Shown: positions 1 through 5,598 of the stretch, one piece after another
Numbering within the stretch: position 1 is the first letter of the stretch
Layout of the letters: every line of letters starts with the position of its first letter
Assembly: GCA_030141605.1 (NCBI GenBank)
Contig: JAQGDQ010002533.1
Location: 1-5,816, forward strand
DNA length: 5,816 bases
Direction of reading: 5' to 3'
DNA from: Tubiluchus corallicola
Lineage: Eukaryota > Animalia > Priapulida
Position numbers and translations under genes: made by a program
The notes under the pieces: model-generated
Told to the model about the DNA's origin: nothing
Database searches by the model: none
Seen by the model: the letters and a program-made list of their open reading frames with translations, nothing else

Positions 1-41
1 AGCACTATCTCATAAACTGTGTAAATAGAAAATGCCGAGGG
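1..41 (+). repeat. Left terminal inverted repeat of IS256 (extended)
   Basis: Matches the reverse complement of 1281-1323, continuing through AAAATGCCGAGGG versus AAAATACCGAGGG after a small indel. Confidence 0.85.
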
Positions 42-63
42 TTGCAACCCTCGGCATTTTTTT
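29..63. terminator. Perfect 32-bp palindrome / terminator-like hairpin upstream of the transposase
   Basis: AAAATGCCGAGGGTTG|CAACCCTCGGCATTTT (29-60) is its own reverse complement and runs into T7 (57-63). Confidence 0.7.
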
Positions 64-89
64 GTTTAATTTTAAAACTTTAGACAGTA

Positions 90-1271
90 ATGAAAAAAGA
101 AGATTTATTAAATGATGATTTCATTGAACAGTTTAATTCAGGGGAAGAGCTCAATGGTTTTTTACAAGAGCTCCAAAAACGAGGCATTGAAAAGATGCTT
201 GAAGGAGAACTCGATGGTCATTTAGGCTATGATAAGAATCAAAAATCGGATAATCAGAATGCCCGCAATGGCTACCGAACCACTCTGGGAGAATCCAACA
301 TTCAGGTTCCCCGAGACCGTGATGCTTCGTTTAATCCGATGATTGTACCCAAAGGAGGGAACATGGTCGATGGCTTAGAGAATATCATTGTTTCGTTTTA
401 TGCTAAAGGAATGAGTAATAGCGATATTGAAGAGCAAATTCGGGAGCTATACGGTTTTGAAGTTTCTACATCCACCATATCAAGGATTACCGATTCAGTC
501 ACCAACGACATTGTAGCGTGGCAGAACCGACCTCTGGAAATTGTATACCTAATTGTTTGGATGGATGGCATTGTATTTAAAGTGCGGGAGAACTCTAAGG
601 TCGTCAACAAAACCGTTTACATTGCCGTAGGACTTCGCAGAGATGGGAAAAAAGAGGTTCTTGGCTTATGGTTGGGCAAGAGTGAGTCCGCTGCCTTTTG
701 GATGAACGTACTTACCGATATGAAAGCTCGTGGAGTTAACGATATCCTGATTACGGCAACAGATAACTTGAATGGCTTTACAGATACTATCCGAACTGTT
801 TTCCCTGAATCTAAAACACAAATATGTGTTGTTCATCAAATCCGTAACGCAAGCAGATACGTGGTTTGGAAAGATAAAAAGGCATTTACAAAAGATATGA
901 AGCAAATCTATAACGCCCCTACAAAAGAGGCTGCAAAAGCAGCTTTAGAAGATTTTGCATCAGCTTGGGAGGATAAATACTCTTACGCAATTAAAAGCTG
1001 GCGAGACAACTGGGAAGACCTAACAGTATTCTTTGAGTTTCCGCTGGAAATCAGAAAGATAATTTATACAACCAACCTGATTGAGAATCTCAACGGAAAA
1101 ATCAGAAAATACACAAAAAACAAACTTTCATTCCCGTCAGACCAGGCTGTAATGAAATCTGTATTTTTGGCAACCAGAGAAGCAACTAAAAAATGGTCAA
1201 TGCCAATCAGAAACTGGGGCATTGTCTTGAATCAGTTCTTAGTTATATTTGAAAAAAGGGTCCAGCTATAA
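90..1271 (+). CDS. IS256 (Mutator) family DDE transposase, 393 aa
   Basis: Family motifs HLGY..RNGY..VPRDR, WMDGI (first D), ATDNL (second D), QICVVH (CxxH) and YTTNLIE (catalytic E). Confidence 0.97.
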   Translation: MKKEDLLNDDFIEQFNSGEELNGFLQELQKRGIEKMLEGELDGHLGYDKNQKSDNQNARNGYRTTLGESNIQVPRDRDASFNPMIVPKGGNMVDGLENIIVSFYAKGMSNSDIEEQIRELYGFEVSTSTISRITDSVTNDIVAWQNRPLEIVYLIVWMDGIVFKVRENSKVVNKTVYIAVGLRRDGKKEVLGLWLGKSESAAFWMNVLTDMKARGVNDILITATDNLNGFTDTIRTVFPESKTQICVVHQIRNASRYVVWKDKKAFTKDMKQIYNAPTKEAAKAALEDFASAWEDKYSYAIKSWRDNWEDLTVFFEFPLEIRKIIYTTNLIENLNGKIRKYTKNKLSFPSDQAVMKSVFLATREATKKWSMPIRNWGIVLNQFLVIFEKRVQL

Positions 1272-1280
1272 ATAGCCAAA

Positions 1281-1323
1281 CCCTCGGTATTTTTTTAGTT
1301 TACACACTTTGTGAAACAGTGTC
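1281..1323 (-). repeat. Right terminal inverted repeat of IS256 (extended)
   Basis: Reverse complement GACACTGTTTCACAAAGTGTGTAAACTAAAAAAATACCGAGGG aligns to 1-41. Confidence 0.85.
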
Positions 1324-1541
1324 AATTATTTTTTTAGTTCTTGTCTTTCCTCCTACTAATTGCACTCCAATTCAGGTCTATATTGGAGCATACGACCACT
1401 TTCAGTCCAGAAAGTGCAAAAACGTGGGTTCTGGCTTACAATAGAAGGCTCGCACATTAAAGCTTTATTTACAGACAAAATATCTAAGTTTTTGTTGTTA
1501 CTCACATCCAAACTTGTAAGATCGTTTTCATGGCAAGACAA
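1324..1541 (+). repeat. 218-bp near-identical direct repeat, copy 1 (LRR 3' end plus 3' UTR)
   Basis: Aligns without gaps to 5599-5816 (offset 4275) with 5 transitions. Confidence 0.97.
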
Positions 1542-3590
1542 ATAGCCTAGAGCAGTATTCTTACTAAGGTCCAAATATGAGAGATGATTATTATCACAAA
1601 TAAAATTCCTTAAAGAAGTATTATTGCTCACATCCAATTCTACAAGATGGTTGTTATTACAGTGCAATGATCCTATAGCTGTATTGTTACTAAGATCCAG
1701 ACTAGTGAGACGGTTTTGATCGCACTGTAGAGACCATAAGTTTGTACTATTACTTGTATTCAAATAAATGATCTTATTCTTTCTACAGGTCAAATACATT
1801 AAATCAGTATTATTACGCAGATCCAGACATGTAAGATTGTTACTAGAGCAATATATGGTATGTAAAGCAGTATTGCTACTAAGATCCAAGCTTGTGAGAT
1901 TATTTTGATTGCACCACAAGACCATTAAATCTGTAAGCCCGCTCATATCCAGACTCGCAAGATTGTTTTTATTACATTCCAGCCTGATTAGAGCTGTGTT
2001 ATCACTCAGATCCAAACTTGTGAGTTTATTCTCATTGCAATGCAGTTCTTCTAAAGCTGTAAAGAATTGTATGCCATCTAAGGAGGTGATATTTTTTTTG
2101 TCCACCTTTATAGAAGTAACAGCCAATACATCTGTGTGGTTTGTTATCAAGCTATCGGTGGGAGTGAAAGCATTGGGGACTATATTTTTTAGTGCAGCCC
2201 TAAAATTATCATCTGCTACCCAGAAAAGATTAGGTATAAAGCAGTCTGCAGCAGGGTGATATTTAATAGGACGGCTTTGGGTTTCATCCCAATAGATGCA
2301 ATTGATAGGGTTTAACTCTACAATAGAAGGTTCACACTTTATATCTTCATCTACCTGCAGTGTACTTAAGTTTGTATTATTACTTACATCCAAGCTCGTG
2401 AGATTGTTCCTGCCGCAAGCAAAAATCATCAAATCCTTATTGTTACTCACATCCAAGTTTGTGAGATTATTATCAGAGCAGACAAGAGTCTTTAAAGCCT
2501 TGTTATTACTCACATTCAAACTTGTGAGAGCATTATCATAACAATAAAAAATTCTTAAATTCGTATTGTTACTTATATCCAAACTTGTGAGAGCATTTTG
2601 TTCGCAGTTCAAATTCACTAAATCTGTATTGCTACTCAAGTTTAAGCTTGTGAGGTTGTTCTCAGAACAGCGCAAAGCTTTTAAATCCGTAAGCTCACTT
2701 AAGTCCAAACTTGTGAGATCATTTTGTTCGCAGTGTAAAACCACTAAAGATGTAAAGAACTCCACACCATCTAAAGAAGAAATATTCTTTCCAGATACAT
2801 CTATGAAGGTCGCACTTGACACACTAGTACTGTTTGTTATCAAGCTATCGGTGGGAGTGAAAGCATTGGGTACGATATCTTTTAGTGTACTCCTGAAATT
2901 ATCATCTGGTATCCAGAAAAAGCTGGAGCCAAAGTCCATATCCAATATCTCTTGTTCCGTTGGGTTGTCTTTATTGCCCGATATATTTACAGTGCCTGCT
3001 ACTCCATCAGCTTCTATCAAAGGGTAGATACCGGAGTAACCATCTGTATCCAATATATCATTGTTGGTAATACTTAAGCCCCCACCTACAGAAGTTAATT
3101 TTTCTAAGCCATCTAAACTTACCAGATCTTTGTTGTTGCTGATGCTCAAACCTCCTTTTATGGAGCTTAAACCGTCTAATCCTTTCAAGTCTTCTAACTT
3201 ATGGTTCACGTCTATAGAGATAAAGTCGTCTACATTCGTTATGCTTAAGTTCTCTAAAGTTGTCAGATTGCTGTTTCTTTTTATGTCCAGGCTTCCTACC
3301 TGCTTTATAGAAGACAAGGGAGAAAGGTCGGTAATATCAGAAAAGCCATCTTGCACACCTATGAGTAACTCTCCTGTTATATGTGCGTAGTTAAATGCAC
3401 CAATATCATTTATCGCTGCTTGGTCGGATAGAGCTAAATCTCCATGCCAAACAGTGCTCTTCGATTGGGTATCTATCTCCCCCTGTTCTATTTTTTCTAC
3501 TTCTTCTATTTCTTTCGAACAGTAAGTTAGTAGCGTGGTAGTCAGCAAGATAGCTGTGCTTAATAGATTGATTGAAAATCTGGTTTTCAT
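1356..3590 (-). CDS. Leucine-rich repeat protein, probable surface lipoprotein, 744 aa (LRR-1)
   Basis: Basic N-terminus, hydrophobic stretch, Cys24, then SKEIEE (K plus acidic tract, as in Bacteroidota lipoprotein export signals). Residues ~50-205 are receptor-L-domain-like repeats (LxSIxGGLSISNN). Two modules follow, each with an FWxxDDNFR N-cap, 21-aa LxxLxCxxNxLTSLDLSxNTx repeats (6 and 9) and a Cys-rich C-cap. Ends in tandem TAG TAG. Confidence 0.93.
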   Translation of the reverse strand: MKTRFSINLLSTAILLTTTLLTYCSKEIEEVEKIEQGEIDTQSKSTVWHGDLALSDQAAINDIGAFNYAHITGELLIGVQDGFSDITDLSPLSSIKQVGSLDIKRNSNLTTLENLSITNVDDFISIDVNHKLEDLKGLDGLSSIKGGLSISNNKDLVSLDGLEKLTSVGGGLSITNNDILDTDGYSGIYPLIEADGVAGTVNISGNKDNPTEQEILDMDFGSSFFWIPDDNFRSTLKDIVPNAFTPTDSLITNSTSVSSATFIDVSGKNISSLDGVEFFTSLVVLHCEQNDLTSLDLSELTDLKALRCSENNLTSLNLSSNTDLVNLNCEQNALTSLDISNNTNLRIFYCYDNALTSLNVSNNKALKTLVCSDNNLTNLDVSNNKDLMIFACGRNNLTSLDVSNNTNLSTLQVDEDIKCEPSIVELNPINCIYWDETQSRPIKYHPAADCFIPNLFWVADDNFRAALKNIVPNAFTPTDSLITNHTDVLAVTSIKVDKKNITSLDGIQFFTALEELHCNENKLTSLDLSDNTALIRLECNKNNLASLDMSGLTDLMVLWCNQNNLTSLDLSSNTALHTIYCSSNNLTCLDLRNNTDLMYLTCRKNKIIYLNTSNSTNLWSLQCDQNRLTSLDLSNNTAIGSLHCNNNHLVELDVSNNTSLRNFICDNNHLSYLDLSKNTALGYLSCHENDLTSLDVSNNKNLDILSVNKALMCEPSIVSQNPRFCTFWTESGRMLQYRPELECN
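1359..2225 (-). repeat. Intragenic LRR module 2 (aa 456-744): N-cap + 9 LRR + C-cap
   Basis: Begins FWVADDNFRAALKNIVPNAFTPTDSLITN, 693 bp from the start of module 1; ends LSVNKALMCEPSIV..FWT..YRPELECN. Confidence 0.9.
2139..2177 (+). repeat. 39-bp perfect direct repeat, copy 1 (copy 2 at 2832-2870)
   Basis: GTTTGTTATCAAGCTATCGGTGGGAGTGAAAGCATTGGG is present at both positions. Confidence 0.95.
2226..2918 (-). repeat. Intragenic LRR module 1 (aa 225-455): N-cap + 6 LRR + C-cap
   Basis: Begins FWIPDDNFRSTLKDIVPNAFTPTDSLITN; 63-bp periodicity; ends LQVDEDIKCEPSIV..YWD..YHPAADC. Confidence 0.9.
2832..2870 (+). repeat. 39-bp perfect direct repeat, copy 2
   Basis: Identical to 2139-2177. Confidence 0.95.
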
Positions 3591-3744
3591 ACAAAAATAA
3601 TTTTAAAAAAGTTTAACAATAAGATTGCGAAAATAGCACATAAAACAATATATTACAAACACATTTTAACATTTTTTAGAATAAATTATGAAATGCTTTC
3701 TTATTATTCTTTTTCCCTTCTTTGTTTTGGTACAAAGGAGTACA

Positions 3745-4142
3745 GGGCGATTTTTTCTGCTCTGCAGGGTTGCTAATTACTACCTGCTTCGTAAAAGAGC
3801 TTTTAGTTTAAAATAGTTTGATAAATATAAGGGCTACTCTTGTGCTAATCTCGCCTAAAGATAGATTAGCAGATATGTTCACAATAAGAAAAATGTATGT
3901 TTTGAAGGTAGGTGGTGTATTGCACCTCTGTGAGAGATGGGTTCTATGCTTGCACGCGCACATCATATTGAAAATGGTAGTGGAGCTATTTTTAAGACCA
4001 TCTAATAGTTAAATTATAGTATAATCTGTTACTTAAAATAGGCAAAAATACCTGAACAAACCAACGAAAATACCCTTTGCTCCTTCAAATAAATACTAAA
4101 AAAAAGCCGTGCTACACAAAGTAACACGACTCTTTTAGTTCA
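3745..4142. repeat. Conserved intergenic element, copy A (candidate structured RNA or regulatory region)
   Basis: Collinear with 5239-5597 throughout. Shared blocks include GGGCGATTTTT, AGTTTGATAA, ACTCTTGTGCTA, CCTAAAGATAGATT, AAAAATGTAT, GCACGCG, ATATTGAAAATGG, AAGACCAT, AAAATACCTGA and ATACTAAAAAAA. Confidence 0.9.
4095..4139 (-). terminator. Intrinsic terminator, possibly bidirectional, after the truncated LRR gene
   Basis: Minus strand reads GAGTCGTGTTAC-TTTGT-GTAGCACGGCTT, running into T8. The mismatches are G-U pairs on the minus strand. It lies 23 nt past the stop at 4163-4165. Confidence 0.85.
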
Positions 4143-4162
4143 AAGCGTTTTAATATTTTCCA

Positions 4163-4570
4163 TTACTCACAATGCGAAGAAGGAGAATAAAGCACATACT
4201 TACTACCATCCCAATAGTAGTTTTCCGCAATCGACGAATTCCTAATATCAGATACACATGCTATGCTTTCATCTACTTTCAACACAGTCATCGCCGTTCC
4301 TGAATTACGCGAAAATTTCAAATCTGTGAGATCGTTGTTACTACAATTCAACTCTTTTAGCACCGAATAACTAAGACTCACATCCAACAAGCCAGTTAGA
4401 TTGTTGTTGCTACAATCTAACTCTATTAAGTACGAGCGATACGGATAAAATTCCAATTTTGAGATATTGTTGTTACTGCAATCCAACTCTTTTAAAATAC
4501 GATTGTTACGTAAGTTTAAGTTTAAGATATTGTTGTTACTGCAATTAAACTCTTCTAAGTTAATTAAAGT
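4163..4570 (-). pseudogene. 5'-truncated LRR paralog (about 4 LRRs + C-cap; LRR-2)
   Basis: The frame stays open upstream of the called TTG, up to a stop at 4571-4573, reading TLINLEEFNCSNNNILNLNLRNNRILKELDCSNNN, so the fragment begins mid-repeat. It has no ATG at the 5' end, no signal peptide and no N-cap. Its C-terminus LKVDESIAC...YYWD...YSPSSHCE matches the C-cap of the LRR-1 modules. Confidence 0.8.
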
Positions 4571-4919
4571 TTAAATTAAAATAAAGTTTAACTTGATAAA
4601 CAATGGCACAATGTTAACAATTATTATTAATGCGGGCAAATTCATCACGGTTCCTTTTCTTATTTTATCTTCTTTGGCGAAAGCCTTTTTAGTATCTTTT
4701 CTTATGAGAGCAGGCTGAAATTTTTCAGCGAAGACGTTTTTAGCACGAATTTGGAAACCCCGATATGTAGCTATGTGGCTATGTAGTTGCTCCTTACAAG
4801 CTCACTATTAAGTAAATTGTAGTTGTCTCAATAAACATAACATAATATGATATAGAGAGAAGATGTTACTTCAATTTCTCCACCATTTTCTTTAAGTTCC
4901 ATTAGCATTATGATACATA

Positions 4920-5133
4920 TAGTTCATTTTGGTAATTAAAATATCTGTCGGAAATTTATTTTGTAGCTCTCTAACCGCTATCCCTGCAATAGTTTTTAAT
5001 TTCTTTTGGGCTCTTGCTTTACTGGTTTTTTTAGCATGCTGACCATTACAGTAATGTTCCGGATTAATTGTTTGCTTATTTTGGAGTATGATTGGTGTTG
5101 TATGATATTTTCTTCTTGAGTTATTATCTGCAA
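4920..5133 (-). pseudogene. Degraded IS5-family transposase fragment
   Basis: Manual minus-strand translation across two frameshifts gives LQIITQEENIIQHQSYSKISKQLIRN / NGQHAKKTSKARAQKKLKTIAGIAVRELQNKFPTDIL / YQNEL. This resembles the central RQSY..SKQL....N..H.K....A.....LKTIAGR.VREL segment that I recall from Bacteroidota IS5-family transposases. Not in the ORF track. Confidence 0.75.
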
Positions 5134-5238
5134 GGTTTTGTATGGAAGTTACAATAATCCTTGCAATTTAGGAGACAGTAGCTTGTCAGGGTTTTAATTT
5201 TATATCGTTAGTATTAAGCAAGTTAATTTTAAGTTAGG

Positions 5239-5597
5239 GGGCGATTTTTAGTTTAGTAAGGAGTTTGATAAGCATAAGGCGACTCTTGTGCTAGTCTCTC
5301 CTAAAGATAGATTGGCCAGACACAGGTCCGCAACAGTAAAAATGTATATGCTGAGGGTGGGTAGTGTATTGTAATTGTACCTCTGCGAGGGATGGTGTCT
5401 ATGCTCGCACGCGTATATTATATTGAAAATGGAAGTGGAGTTATCTTAAAGACCATATTGAGAGCTAAGTATAGTATTTGTTGCTTAGCTTTGGCAATAA
5501 AATACCTGAGCAATCCAAGTGAAAAAGACCCTCTATTTCTGTAAGGAGATACTAAAAAAAGTCGTGTTACTTTGTGTGACACGACTTTTTTAGTTCA
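5239..5597. repeat. Conserved intergenic element, copy B
   Basis: Degenerate direct repeat of 3745-4142; for example 49/56 identity between 3815-3870 and 5262-5316. Confidence 0.9.
5551..5594. terminator. Bidirectional intrinsic terminator after LRR-3
   Basis: ACTAAAAAAAGTCGTGTTAC-TTTGT-GTGACACGACTTTTTTAGT: 10-bp core stem flanked by A7 and T6 tracts, 36 nt past the stop at 5631-5633. Confidence 0.87.
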
Positions 5598-5598
5598 T

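Larger units (their letters stand above)
1..1323 (+). mobile_element. IS256-family insertion sequence
   Basis: DDE transposase bounded by imperfect terminal inverted repeats: left AGCACTATCTCATAAACTGTGTAAA (1-25) versus reverse complement of the right end GACACTGTTTCACAAAGTGTGTAAA (1299-1323), 19/25 identical. The right boundary is independently fixed because identity to the paralogous site at 5599 begins exactly at 1324. The left end sits at the window edge, so the target duplication cannot be seen. Confidence 0.93.

Noticed and set aside
398-905. Minus-strand ORFs 398-610 and 666-905
   Set aside because: Antisense to the transposase, with no recognisable motifs.
1488-2747. CRISPR-like regular repeat/spacer periodicity
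   Set aside because: The 63-bp period is in-frame coding LRR with degenerate repeats; no cas genes.
1360-3390. Plus-strand ORFs 1360-1545, 1909-2259, 2296-2541, 2566-3027 and 3061-3390
   Set aside because: Antisense shadows of the LRR gene; their LLLxSKLVR periodicity mirrors the 63-bp repeat.
3406-3594. 62-aa minus-strand ORF
   Set aside because: Alternative frame overlapping the LRR-1 start; no independent support.
3818-4012. 64-aa plus-strand ORF in element A
   Set aside because: TTG start, and the homologous copy B has frame-breaking indels within the first codons, so coding is not conserved.
3592-4050. Bacteroidota -7 promoter motif TAnnTTTG on the minus strand at 3592-3599 and 4043-4050
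   Set aside because: The first abuts the ATG, too close for a start site. The second has no correctly spaced -33 TTTG and is not conserved in copy B.
4095-4139. Integron attC site
   Set aside because: Lacks RYYYAAC/GTTRRRY ends and extrahelical-base geometry; the A/T-tract-flanked hairpin fits an intrinsic terminator.
4676-4786. Small motifs: GGC-GAAA-GCC, palindrome GCTGAAATTTTTCAGC (4714-4729) and three 8-mer CTATGTAG-like repeats (4763-4786)
   Set aside because: Too short to separate from chance; no second copy or context supports a function.
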